Source of the DNA: an uncultured Bacteroidia bacterium
GTDB taxonomy: Bacteria; Bacteroidota; Bacteroidia; Bacteroidales; CAJPTX01
Assembly: GCA_963543925.1 (NCBI GenBank)
Contig: CAUUCP010000005.1
Span: 2,361 to 66,360 of the forward strand
Direction of reading: 5' to 3'
Length of the DNA: 64,000 nucleotides
Shown here: one piece after another, positions 35,653 to 45,349 of the stretch
How positions within the stretch are numbered: position 1 is the stretch's first letter
Layout of the letters: the number at the start of each line of letters is the position of its first letter
The notes under the pieces: model-generated
The model's database searches: none
What the model was told of the DNA's origin: nothing
What the model saw: only the letters and a program-made list of their open reading frames with translations
Translations under genes and position numbers: made by a program

Positions 35653-36612
35653 ATGACTTTACTCCAAATCTCCGACGTACGGAAGAGTTTCGGCGCCTTC
35701 CAAGCCCTCAAGGGAGTCTCTTTCGATGTGCCAGAGGGAGCGATTTATGGACTCCTCGGTCCGAATGGAGCGGGAAAGACCACCCTCATCCGTTGCATTA
35801 ACCAGATTACGAACCCAGATAGTGGACAGATCCTTCTCGGGGGACGCCCCCTCAAAAGAGAAGATGTGCGACGCATAGGGTATCTCCCCGAGGAACGTGG
35901 GCTCTACAAGAAGATGAAGGTCGGAGACCAAGCCCTCTACTTAGCACAGCTCAAAGGGATGTCCAAGCGAGACGCCATGCGTGCCCTCAAGTATTGGTTT
36001 GACAAGTTCGGGATCGCTGACTGGTGGCCCAAGAAGGTCGAGGAACTCTCCAAAGGTATGGCGCAAAAGGTGCAGTTCATCGTGACCGTCCTCCATGAGC
36101 CCAGGCTGCTCATCTTTGACGAACCCTTCAGCGGGTTCGACCCCATCAATGCCGACCTCCTCAAAAATGAAATCCTCGCCCTACGGGACAAGGGGGCTAC
36201 CGTCCTCTTCTCTACCCACAATATGGACAGTGTCGAGCGCATATGCGACGCTATTACGCTGTTTAACAAGGGCAACAATGTGCTCACGGGCGAGGTTGCG
36301 CACATCCGAGAGCGTTTCTCTGCCGCTCGTTTCCGACTAGGGTATTATGGAGATAAAGCGGCTCTCGAACAAGCCTTGGGCGAAGCCTGGCGTCTGGAAG
36401 AACTCCCCGCCACAGACACCATCCAATGGATCAATCTAGAGTCTGAACAAAAGGATGTCAAGACCAATGAGCTCTTGCAGCACCTCCTACAGTACGTAGA
36501 GGTCACCAATTTCTCTCGTGAGATTGCTACCATGAACGATATCTTTATCCGAGTTGTGAAAGAAAGTTCGCAACAAGAAGCCAATCTACGACAAGCCCCA
36601 CAAGAAGCGTAA
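35653..36612 (+). CDS. ABC transporter ATP-binding protein (ABC-2 type)
   Basis: Walker A is GPNGAGKTT, the signature is LSKGMAQKVQF, and Walker B is LLIFDEPFSGFD. Start at MTLLQISDVRKSFG. Confidence 0.9.
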   Translation: MTLLQISDVRKSFGAFQALKGVSFDVPEGAIYGLLGPNGAGKTTLIRCINQITNPDSGQILLGGRPLKREDVRRIGYLPEERGLYKKMKVGDQALYLAQLKGMSKRDAMRALKYWFDKFGIADWWPKKVEELSKGMAQKVQFIVTVLHEPRLLIFDEPFSGFDPINADLLKNEILALRDKGATVLFSTHNMDSVERICDAITLFNKGNNVLTGEVAHIRERFSAARFRLGYYGDKAALEQALGEAWRLEELPATDTIQWINLESEQKDVKTNELLQHLLQYVEVTNFSREIATMNDIFIRVVKESSQQEANLRQAPQEA

Positions 36613-36614
36613 CG

Positions 36615-37952
36615 ATGCATAATATCAGACTGATTATCCATCGCGAGGTCGCGATCCGACTCCGTAAGAAAAGCTTCCTCGTAGCCACATTCCTGGTGCC
36701 GCTCCTCTTTGCCGTGATGGCGATCTTACCCTCGCTCCTGATCATGCTCGACTCGGGCAAACATTACTCCATCGGGGTCGTAGACCATTCCCGGCATATT
36801 GCCGACTCCCTCCGCTCGTCCAGCCACCTGACTTATATCCAAGAACGGGACTCGGTTCAGGATATCGCAGCTTACCTCACCGCCAAGGGATATAACGCCC
36901 TCTTGGTGATCGGGGCGAATCTCGTGGACAATACCAAGGATGCTACCTTGTACAGCCTTCGAACCTTGGCCATGGAAGCTACCGAGTATGTCGAACGAGA
37001 GTTACAACGTATCGTGCGTGAGGAGCGTATCGCGGGCTTTCAAATAGAGGGCATAGAGCAAATCCTAAAGCGTGCGAATGTCAATGTCGATTGTCGAGCC
37101 GTGGTCTTGAACGAGGCGGGTGAAGAGTCCGAGACTAATTCGGGGATGGCACTCGCTATTAGCTATATACTTGGCGGACTGGTGTACGGTCTCATCGCAG
37201 CCTCTGGAGGCATGGTCATGACTGGCGTTATCGAAGAAAAGCATAACCGTATCGTAGAGGTCTTGGTTTCCAGTGTCCGTTCCTTCGACTTGATGATGGG
37301 AAAGATCCTCGGCGTGGCTTCCGTCTTTCTTATCCAGATCGTGCTGTGGATCGTCGTGACCGTCCTATTGGTCAATATTGCCGCAGGGCTCTTTCACTTC
37401 GGTTCGGCGGTCGATGTGCAACAGGTAACCCAACACATGACCCAGAACGACCCCTCGGGAATGAGTTCCAAGCTCGTCGCTACATTCCAGTCTGCCCCAC
37501 TCCAAGAGATCTTGAAGCCGCTGGAGAGCATACATTTTACCGAGCTCATTGCCGTCTTTCTCTTCTTCTTCTTCGGGGGGTATTTCCTCTATTCTGCCAT
37601 GTACGCTGCCATCGGTTCGGCAGTAGAGGAAGCCTCGGATGCGCAGCAGTTGCTCATCCCCGTCACAGTCCCCTTGATTATCGGATTCTTGGTGCTGGTC
37701 ACCATTGGGCGATCGCCAGATAGTGCGCTGGCGTTTTGGTTCTCTATGATCCCGTTTACCTCGCCTATGATTTTGCCTGCCCGCGTGGCATACGGTGTCG
37801 ATACGTGGGAAATCCTCCTCTCGGGGGCTATCTTGTTGGTTACCTTTGTGGGGGTCACGTGGTTGGCGTCGCGCGTTTATCGCAATGGGATTTTGCAGTA
37901 TGGAAAAAAGTTCGGGTGGAGGGATATATTGCAGTGGATGCGTCGCTCCTAA
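36615..37952 (+). CDS. ABC-2 family transporter permease
   Basis: 445 aa. It has an N-terminal TM, a large extracytoplasmic loop and a C-terminal cluster of about 5 TM helices. It starts 2 nt after the ATPase stop. Confidence 0.8.
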   Translation: MHNIRLIIHREVAIRLRKKSFLVATFLVPLLFAVMAILPSLLIMLDSGKHYSIGVVDHSRHIADSLRSSSHLTYIQERDSVQDIAAYLTAKGYNALLVIGANLVDNTKDATLYSLRTLAMEATEYVERELQRIVREERIAGFQIEGIEQILKRANVNVDCRAVVLNEAGEESETNSGMALAISYILGGLVYGLIAASGGMVMTGVIEEKHNRIVEVLVSSVRSFDLMMGKILGVASVFLIQIVLWIVVTVLLVNIAAGLFHFGSAVDVQQVTQHMTQNDPSGMSSKLVATFQSAPLQEILKPLESIHFTELIAVFLFFFFGGYFLYSAMYAAIGSAVEEASDAQQLLIPVTVPLIIGFLVLVTIGRSPDSALAFWFSMIPFTSPMILPARVAYGVDTWEILLSGAILLVTFVGVTWLASRVYRNGILQYGKKFGWRDILQWMRRS

Positions 37953-38004
37953 CTCCTAGACGATGCCTTTGTTTTAGATGAGAACGGTTGTAAGAAAGAA
38001 CGGA

Positions 38005-40326
38005 ATGAAGCGTTTATTGCTCCTCGTCCTCTGTGTAGGTTTGTTTACCGCACTCTACGCACAGACGGCGCACACGGTGACGGGGCTCGTCGTCGATGAC
38101 CAAGGGGAAGCTGCAGCCTATTGCGATGTCGTAGCACTGCGGGAAGATAGCACCGTCTGTGTCGCAACAGTTACCGATCCAGAGGGGCGCTTTACCCTTC
38201 CCCTATCCACAGATACCCGCTGGGTTGCTTTCCGTTATGTGGGCTACAAAGAGGTCTACTTTCACTCCGAGGAAATCCCTCAAAAGATCGTCCTGACTCC
38301 GGAACAGATCGAGCTTGACGACGTGGTCGTACGTGCTCAGCGCCCCAAGGTAGAGATGAAAAACGGGGTCTTGGAAATGGGGGTACAGGGCACCTCGCTT
38401 GTCCACAAACCCTCGATCTATAAAGTCATCGGCGCATTACCCGGCGTGCAACTCAAGAAAGAGAGCCAGCTGTCGCTACTAGGAGGTGGAAAATATCTCA
38501 TCTATGTCGACGGGCGGAAGCTACAGGACGAGACCGAGTTGGTCACGATGGATGTAAAGAACCTACGGTCGATAAGTATAGACCCCTCCCCTGGCGTGCG
38601 CTACGGGAGTGAGGTCAAGGCGGTGATCAGAATCCGAACCTTGACTCCCCTACCCGGCTTGGGGGTGACCCTCTCCTCGCAGGTGCGCAGAGGCTACTTG
38701 TGGTGCACCAATCAAGACCTGAAGGTCGGATATTCCCGAGGGATGGTCTACTACTATACCGCTTTTTCCTACGACTACAGCGCCAAAAAGATGGAAAAGA
38801 GTATCGATGTCGATTTCCTTCGGAGTCAAGGAACCGCCCTTGCCGAACGATTAGAAACCACATCTTGGCAACGAGACTCCTCACATACAGGACTCCTCAC
38901 CGCGGGGGTAGACCTTACGCCGACCGATAACTGCATCTTTGGGATAAGGTATGATGCCTATATCAACCCGTTGAATGGGACGAGCCAAGAACACTCCCTA
39001 GCATACCAAGGAGAAAATTTGCACGATGACGTCACATCACACGGACGTATGACCAAACGCCCCTATGCCCACCATCTGGCTGCCTACAGCGACCTCTCTT
39101 TTGCCAAAAGATGGACCCTCTCCCTCGCTGGCGACTATTATACAAAGCGTCTGGAGGATACACAAGACGCGAAGGAACGCAGCGATATCTACAATACTAC
39201 AAAATTATACCCCACACGTAACCGAGCTGCGTATGACCTCTTCCAGCTTACCCCCGTGCTCGCCTATAGGTTCTCTAACCAGTTCCGTTCCGAGCTTGGC
39301 GCGGAGGTCGCCAGTATTCGTGGAAAGGGAGACCAGATCGAAGGGTTACCCGAAGTCAAAACAACAGATTATACCAATTCCGAGACAAGCTACGCCATCT
39401 TTCTCTCGAATACCTTTCCCATCGGGAGCTGGTATGCCAAGCTCGGGGTGCGTTACGAATATTTGCGTAGCGAGCTGATGGATAAGATCGCACCAGCTGC
39501 ATCCCTCCTACGCAACTACTCCGACCTCTTTTACTCAGCCTCCCTCTCGGGAAAGATTGGGACCACAAACCATAGTCTACAGCTCGCCTCGTCGACACAA
39601 CGCCCCTCATTGCAACAGCTCAATGGATATTCCTATCACTCCAGCTCTTACCTCATTCAGCAGGGAAATCCGAGGTTGATACCCCAAAAGGATGTGACTC
39701 TCAGCTATACTTTCGTCTGGCAGCCCCTCTATTGGCAAACCTCCTACACGTACAGCAGAGACCTTATCGCCTCCGACTTTCGCGTCAATCCAGACCTGAA
39801 GAATGCGTATATCATTTCGAATACCAATTTCAAGTCGGGTCATAATCTCCAAACCGTCCTCGGTGCCGACTTTGAGTTCGGATTTTACTCCCTCGGGCTA
39901 CAAGGAGCTTTTGGTATACAGAAGGTCGACACCAGACGGGAAAAGGGATATGTCCGACAGTTACCCCTCTATATGGGAAAGATGACCCATACGTTTAACT
40001 TGCCGTGGGCGATGTCTGCCGAGCTCGAGTACCAGTACATTAGTCCCACTACGGAACAGTTGTATGAGATTACAGAGACCCACGACCTCTCCTTTTACCT
40101 CTCCAAGAGCTTTTGGAATGAAAAACTGAGCCTCTCCCTCTACTTCAATGACATCCTCGAGTACGAAGGGAATGATATAAAGACTACACTCAATGGGCTC
40201 AGGGTGCATCTAGAAGATCTAGTACCCGATACGCGCTATATCTCCCTCCGCTTACGATGGAACTTCCAGTCCCTGAAGAAGGATAGGAGTAAGAACGCGG
40301 CAAAACAGAACATCAATCGTTTATAA
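38005..40326 (+). CDS. Outer-membrane beta-barrel protein with CarboxypepD_reg N-domain (TonB-dependent-receptor-like)
   Basis: Signal peptide MKRLLLLVLCVGLFTALYAQ. The CarboxypepD_reg domain is VTGLVVDDQGEAAAYCDVVAL...TDPEGRFTLPL. A long barrel with alternating aromatic pattern follows. Confidence 0.8.
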   Translation: MKRLLLLVLCVGLFTALYAQTAHTVTGLVVDDQGEAAAYCDVVALREDSTVCVATVTDPEGRFTLPLSTDTRWVAFRYVGYKEVYFHSEEIPQKIVLTPEQIELDDVVVRAQRPKVEMKNGVLEMGVQGTSLVHKPSIYKVIGALPGVQLKKESQLSLLGGGKYLIYVDGRKLQDETELVTMDVKNLRSISIDPSPGVRYGSEVKAVIRIRTLTPLPGLGVTLSSQVRRGYLWCTNQDLKVGYSRGMVYYYTAFSYDYSAKKMEKSIDVDFLRSQGTALAERLETTSWQRDSSHTGLLTAGVDLTPTDNCIFGIRYDAYINPLNGTSQEHSLAYQGENLHDDVTSHGRMTKRPYAHHLAAYSDLSFAKRWTLSLAGDYYTKRLEDTQDAKERSDIYNTTKLYPTRNRAAYDLFQLTPVLAYRFSNQFRSELGAEVASIRGKGDQIEGLPEVKTTDYTNSETSYAIFLSNTFPIGSWYAKLGVRYEYLRSELMDKIAPAASLLRNYSDLFYSASLSGKIGTTNHSLQLASSTQRPSLQQLNGYSYHSSSYLIQQGNPRLIPQKDVTLSYTFVWQPLYWQTSYTYSRDLIASDFRVNPDLKNAYIISNTNFKSGHNLQTVLGADFEFGFYSLGLQGAFGIQKVDTRREKGYVRQLPLYMGKMTHTFNLPWAMSAELEYQYISPTTEQLYEITETHDLSFYLSKSFWNEKLSLSLYFNDILEYEGNDIKTTLNGLRVHLEDLVPDTRYISLRLRWNFQSLKKDRSKNAAKQNINRL

Positions 40327-40335
40327 GTTAAGACG

Positions 40336-41166
40336 ATGGAATATACACCCCAGTGGGACGCCATTATCACCCTTGCTTTACAAGAAGATATCGGGAGTTC
40401 TGATGTGGCAACGCAAGCCCTGATCCGCCCGCAGGCTATGATCTCTGCTCGTTGGATTGCCAAGGCAGAGGGCGTCTTGTCGGGGTTGCCCGTGGCGCTA
40501 CGAGTATTCCAAACCCTAGACCCGAGGGTCGAGATGGAAACGACATTCCATGCTGGCGATCGCGTCGTGACAGGGGATGTGATTGCGACTTTCCATGGGG
40601 ACTATCAAGCGCTCCTGACGGGCGAGCGTACGGCACTGAACTTTGTACAGCGTATGTCGGGCATAGCCACTGCGACCCGTGCTTTTGTCGATGCGATAGG
40701 TGACCTACCGACCCGTCTCCTCGATACCCGCAAGACTCTCCCCGGACACCGGGTTTTGGACAAACAGGCGGTCAGAGACGGAGGGGGAAAGAATCACCGC
40801 ATGGGGCTCTACGATCTGGCGATGATTAAGGATAATCACATCGTCGCAGCAGGCGGAATACGCGCTGCCGTCCAGGCGGTAAGAGCCGCTATCCCTGCGT
40901 ATCTGAACGTTGAGGTAGAAACCTCGTCACTCGAGGAGGTCAAGGAAGCTCTTGATGCTCATGCCGATATCATCATGCTAGACAACATGTCCTTAGAGAT
41001 GATGCGAGAGGCCGTGACCTTCATCCAACACCGTGCCTTGACAGAGGCATCGGGCAATGTGACCCTTCAGCGTGTACGTGCCATAGCAGAGACTGGGGTA
41101 GACTTTGTCAGCACGGGCGCCATTACCCACAGCGTCAAGGCTTTGGATATTAGTATGAAGTTTTAA
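40336..41166 (+). CDS. nadC: Nicotinate-nucleotide pyrophosphorylase (carboxylating)
   Basis: Motifs LTGERTALNFVQRMSGIAT, DTRKTLPG.R.LDK.AVR.GGG.NHR and IKDNHI. Confidence 0.9.
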   Translation: MEYTPQWDAIITLALQEDIGSSDVATQALIRPQAMISARWIAKAEGVLSGLPVALRVFQTLDPRVEMETTFHAGDRVVTGDVIATFHGDYQALLTGERTALNFVQRMSGIATATRAFVDAIGDLPTRLLDTRKTLPGHRVLDKQAVRDGGGKNHRMGLYDLAMIKDNHIVAAGGIRAAVQAVRAAIPAYLNVEVETSSLEEVKEALDAHADIIMLDNMSLEMMREAVTFIQHRALTEASGNVTLQRVRAIAETGVDFVSTGAITHSVKALDISMKF

Positions 41167-41217
41167 CCAAGAGCGTCGTTTAGCCTCCTCTTTAGGCACG
41201 CCCCATATATAGATGAG

Positions 41218-42186
41218 ATGACAACTCCTGTGATAGACCCAAAACAGATGACCGATCCGAAACAAAAGGCGCTCCGCGAGGAGCTGGCGGAGCTCCGTCG
41301 CACAAAACGTGCTATCCTATTGGGGCATTACTATGCACTTCCCGAGGTACAGGATGTCTGCGACTATGTGGGAGACTCCCTAGGGCTATCCCGAGAGGCG
41401 GCAAAAGCCGATGCCGATATAATTGTCTTCTGCGGTGTCCATTTTATGGCGGAAACAGCATCTATCCTCGCGCAGGACAAGAAGGTCTTGTTACCTTGTG
41501 CCGAGGCGAGTTGTTCCCTAGCCAATGGGATTACGGGCCAGGAGCTCGCGGCTTGGAAGGCATCACACCCCGATCATTTTGTCGTCTCCTACGTCAACAC
41601 TACTGCCGAGGTAAAGGCCTATACCGATTGTTGTTGTACGTCTGCCAATGCACTCCAAGTGGTACAGCACTATGCGGCTGGGCGGCGCATTATGTTTGTG
41701 CCAGATCGAAACTTGGGGAGTTATATCCGCCTCACCACGGGTATTGACATGGATCTCTGGGACGGGGCTTGTCATGTCCATAACGAGTTCTCTACTGCAC
41801 TCATCAAGGCGCGAATGGCGCAATACCCTGCTGCCCGTGTCCTAGTACACCCAGAAAGCGCAGGAGCCTCCGACGAACAGATTCGCAGAGCTCCGAGGGT
41901 CTTTATTGCCTCCACTACAGGGATGATCAAAGAGGCGGCGCGCTGTCCTGAGTCCCAACTCTTGGTCGTTACCGAAGAAGGGGTTTTGCATAAAATGCAC
42001 GAGGCTGCGCCGAACAAGGAATTGATCCTAGTCGCGCCTACTGCCCAGTGCGAACATATGAAACATGCCACGCTAGAGACGGTCGTAGACTCTCTTCGTA
42101 CCGAGCGTACCGAGGTGCGTGTACCTGCCGAGCTGGCGAGTCGAGCGCGACTCGCAATAGATCGGATGTTAGAGATCGGAGGTTAG
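41218..42186 (+). CDS. nadA: Quinolinate synthase
   Basis: Motifs ILLGHYYALPEVQDVCDYVGDSL, FCGVHFMAETA, VSYVNTTAEVKA and HPES, with Cys ligands. Confidence 0.9.
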   Translation: MTTPVIDPKQMTDPKQKALREELAELRRTKRAILLGHYYALPEVQDVCDYVGDSLGLSREAAKADADIIVFCGVHFMAETASILAQDKKVLLPCAEASCSLANGITGQELAAWKASHPDHFVVSYVNTTAEVKAYTDCCCTSANALQVVQHYAAGRRIMFVPDRNLGSYIRLTTGIDMDLWDGACHVHNEFSTALIKARMAQYPAARVLVHPESAGASDEQIRRAPRVFIASTTGMIKEAARCPESQLLVVTEEGVLHKMHEAAPNKELILVAPTAQCEHMKHATLETVVDSLRTERTEVRVPAELASRARLAIDRMLEIGG

Positions 42187-42291
42187 CCCACAGTGGATTG
42201 GTAAAGGTATTGCTCAAAGTGCCCATTCGTACGGAGGAACAAGTACTTTTTCCTGAACAAGCGGTGTTGACTCACCGTAGCGAAAACAGGG

Positions 42292-42307
42292 TACTACCTA
42301 GGTAGTA
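42292..42307. promoter_or_regulatory. Perfect 16-bp palindrome TACTACCTAGGTAGTA, candidate operator upstream of the acyl-CoA synthetase gene
   Basis: TACTACCT | AGGTAGTA is exactly self-complementary. Its centre lies 72 nt upstream of the ATG at 42372. Confidence 0.4.
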
Positions 42308-42371
42308 TGCATGTCTTTTATTATCCCTTGTAGAGAAAACAATTCGCTTAACACTTGCGTTTATCCTCGTA

Positions 42372-44051
42372 ATGGAAAATACAACACCTCTTTCCACGGA
42401 AGACCTCTTTACGCAAGATTTGGGTGCGCGACTGCGTGAAACTTTACAGACGCACTGGGACTTGGTCGCTTACTCTACCCATACGGGAGGGCAGGTATAT
42501 TATCGCGAAGTTGCAGTGAAGGTGCTGGAAATTCACGAGCTTCTTCGACAGGCGAAGATTAAGCCAGGAGACAAGGTCGCGGTGCTGGGATACAATTCCC
42601 CTTACTGGGCGACGACCTATGTCGCCCTACTTGCCTATGGGGCGGTGGTGGTGCCTGTACCCCGTTCATTACGTTCCAAGATGATTTATCGAATCTTGCA
42701 GCATTCGGGGGCTAGGGCGCTCTTCCTATGTGAACATCTCTGGGAGAACCTCAATGAGTTCTACCTCTCTTATTTACAACTGATTGTCGGATTCCCTAAC
42801 TGGAGCGTACTCTTTGTGAAGGAGAGCGCTTTGCAAAATTGCTCCTTTGAACAGGTCTCAAAAGCTGCCCTCACCAAAGAGAAGATCTGGGAACAGATGG
42901 GTGCGTTTCACACCTACGCTTCGGAAGATCCCGTAGTGCTCAACTATACCTCTGGGACGGTGGGGTTTCCCAAGGGTGTCCTTTTGCCAGCTCGGAGTTT
43001 ACTTGCCAATATCCGATACGCTGAACGTGTCGTACCCTTGAAATCAAAGGATGTCATCGTCTCTTACCTCCCTTTTGAACACATTTATGGTCAGGTCTTT
43101 GACTTCTTATATGGTTTCCTCATGGGGGCGCATGTCCATATCTTGTCGAGTACACCGTCGCTCTCGGCATTGCTTAAGGCTTTTCAAACCTATCACCCCA
43201 GGCTCATTTTGCTCCTCCCGAGTCTGTTTCAACGGATTTTCCAATCGTCGATTCCGCATTGCGCCAATAGAAAGGGGATCCGTTCACTGCTCCGCTTGCC
43301 TGTCGTGGGGGGATGGGTACAGTACTTTTTCCGAAGGCGTTTGGAACGGATTTTGGGCAGCAATTTTATCTCCGTGGTCATCGGAGGGTATCATTTCAAT
43401 CCGCAGATAGAGGATTTTTTACGAACCATTCATTTTCGGTATTCGGTAGGGTATGGGCTTACGGAAAACGGTGCTTTGGTCACATATCAGGGTCCAGAGA
43501 CGGGAAAGCAGTATTCGGTAGGACAGGTGGTAGAGGGGGTCGAGCTCGAAATACAGGATCTAGACGAAAATGGGGTCGGAAATATCTGTATTCGTGGCTT
43601 AAATCTCATGCTAGGATATCACAATCCGTTTGATACGAACGTCTCTTCTGTCTTCAGAAAAGGATGGTTTGATACAGGAGATCTTGGCTATCTTGATCAG
43701 AATAACTACCTTTACGTGAAAGGTAGAAGCGTAAACGCGTTACTTTTGCCAAGCGGACACCGCATCTATCCAGAAGAATTAGAGAACCTAATGAACACGA
43801 TGCCCTATGTACAGGAGTCCCTTTTGGTGGAACGAAGGGGAGAGCTTGTGATGTTGGTACAGCCCTCGTTATTAACCAGAAGGCGTCGCCAACTTTCCGA
43901 GGCGCAATTATTTTTTGAGATGGAGCGTAACCGAGAGCGACTCAATCAGCGCTTGGGTACTTCCGTTCGTGTGTCGAGGATCGAGCTGCAGTATCATCCC
44001 TTTGAATTGACTACCAAGTTGTCCGTGCGACGACCGGGGGCGCACTGCTAG
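42372..44051 (+). CDS. AMP-dependent synthetase/ligase (long-chain acyl-CoA synthetase-like)
   Basis: AMP-binding motif YTSGTVGFPKGVLL, then GYGLTEN, and WFDTGDLGYLD...LYVKGR. Confidence 0.85.
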   Translation: MENTTPLSTEDLFTQDLGARLRETLQTHWDLVAYSTHTGGQVYYREVAVKVLEIHELLRQAKIKPGDKVAVLGYNSPYWATTYVALLAYGAVVVPVPRSLRSKMIYRILQHSGARALFLCEHLWENLNEFYLSYLQLIVGFPNWSVLFVKESALQNCSFEQVSKAALTKEKIWEQMGAFHTYASEDPVVLNYTSGTVGFPKGVLLPARSLLANIRYAERVVPLKSKDVIVSYLPFEHIYGQVFDFLYGFLMGAHVHILSSTPSLSALLKAFQTYHPRLILLLPSLFQRIFQSSIPHCANRKGIRSLLRLPVVGGWVQYFFRRRLERILGSNFISVVIGGYHFNPQIEDFLRTIHFRYSVGYGLTENGALVTYQGPETGKQYSVGQVVEGVELEIQDLDENGVGNICIRGLNLMLGYHNPFDTNVSSVFRKGWFDTGDLGYLDQNNYLYVKGRSVNALLLPSGHRIYPEELENLMNTMPYVQESLLVERRGELVMLVQPSLLTRRRRQLSEAQLFFEMERNRERLNQRLGTSVRVSRIELQYHPFELTTKLSVRRPGAHC

Positions 44052-44113
44052 TGGGGAAGGTTATTAGGGCTTGTTGAGGTAAGGATTTTAAACGTTTAAT
44101 TTCGTAAGTAGAG

Positions 44114-45247
44114 ATGAGAATAGGAAGAAGTTCATGGCTGGCGCTCTGTCTTGTGGGGCTTGGCGCTACTGGGGTGTGGGCACAAGCTCCTACCCCTACG
44201 TTGGGACCAGCGGATGGTTCCGCAACTTATCAAACACCGTCAACGGATAAGTATTGGCGTGTAGATGACAATGCAAACAATGGTGGTAGCAATTTGAACA
44301 TTGTTTATCAGACGATTGGAACGACGAGTAAGTACTGGGTAGCACCGAGTATCTTCCAACACAGTTTATTGGATCATACTCAGGCTGCACATACAGCAGG
44401 CTTGGCAGCAAACGCTAATTGGAAGTGGGAGGTAGATGGCTCGACGGCTCTTAGCCCAGTTGCTGAATTTGAGTTCCCTTCTTATACGCCAGGAACGCCA
44501 CGTCCTCAGACAAGTCTTGACGTAAAAGCCATTGCGAGAAAAGAGATGATCCTCAAGGTAACGGAAACGGGGGATTGTGGCGATGGGCTTTCTACGTATT
44601 TCAAGATTATTGCTACTGGTAAACCGCAAATTGAGATAGAATCTGCATCTCTTGTGTACGGAGGACCTACTGACAAGATTGATGGTACGCTTGAAACCGC
44701 TGCTGCAGGGGCAACTCCTACGGCTATTCAAAACGCAAAGGGTTTCTTGATCAAGACCTGTGATGCTACCAAGATCAATGGGAAAAGGTTGAAGATTAAA
44801 TTGAAATCTACAGAAGAAGGGGTGCCAGACGATTTGCGTCGTTATGCATTTAGCGTACAGCACATGGTGCAAAAACATGCAGACGATGGTACTTATACTA
44901 CAACCACGCCTTTGGCAATGGCAAAAGAGTATAAGTTGAATGGTACGACTCCTGCTGAGAAGAAGCTCAGAATCCCTGCAGCAGGTGCTGAACTTGAGTT
45001 TTCTCTCGATAACCTTACGCTTGCTACGGGAGAAGACTACGCAGAGCATGTTTACTATCTCGATGGTAGTGAAGGTCGTGACAAGCTCGTATCCATGGTT
45101 TCGCATCGCTCGAGTATGACAGACCCTACCACTCTGGGAACGCTCGCTGAGTATGACTTCGACAAGGCCAATAAGGGCTACTATGTCGTGGTTCGTCTTG
45201 AGGCCTTCAGAACTGGTCCTGTTTACTTCATCCCTTATATCGATTAG
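44114..45247 (+). CDS. Hypothetical secreted protein (no recognisable family)
   Basis: Signal peptide MRIGRSSWLALCLVGLGATGVWAQ. It is Thr/Gly/Ala-rich and predicted beta-rich, with a C-terminal aromatic-rich tail GPVYFIPYID. G+C is visibly lower than in neighbours (about 42-47% in two hand-counted lines). Confidence 0.7.
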   Translation: MRIGRSSWLALCLVGLGATGVWAQAPTPTLGPADGSATYQTPSTDKYWRVDDNANNGGSNLNIVYQTIGTTSKYWVAPSIFQHSLLDHTQAAHTAGLAANANWKWEVDGSTALSPVAEFEFPSYTPGTPRPQTSLDVKAIARKEMILKVTETGDCGDGLSTYFKIIATGKPQIEIESASLVYGGPTDKIDGTLETAAAGATPTAIQNAKGFLIKTCDATKINGKRLKIKLKSTEEGVPDDLRRYAFSVQHMVQKHADDGTYTTTTPLAMAKEYKLNGTTPAEKKLRIPAAGAELEFSLDNLTLATGEDYAEHVYYLDGSEGRDKLVSMVSHRSSMTDPTTLGTLAEYDFDKANKGYYVVVRLEAFRTGPVYFIPYID

Positions 45248-45263
45248 TCTAACACATTTGGAA

Positions 45264-45308
45264 CGTGTGGTTGTCTCGAGAGGGCAGCCACACGCTCCAT
45301 TTTTCTTT
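45264..45308 (+). terminator. Weak hairpin plus T-rich tract after the 44114-45247 gene
   Basis: CGTGTGG (45264-45270) pairs with CCACACG (45288-45294) across a 17-nt loop, followed by CTCCATTTTTCTTT. Confidence 0.35.
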
Positions 45309-45315
45309 ATCTTTG
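45308..45315 (+). promoter_or_regulatory. Bacteroidota -7 box (TATCTTTG) upstream of the type-B CTD gene
   Basis: It matches TAnnTTTG 35 nt upstream of the ATG at 45350. Confidence 0.45.
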
Positions 45316-45349
45316 TAGCCCAGACAGCGAAAGAAGTGGCGTGTAACCA

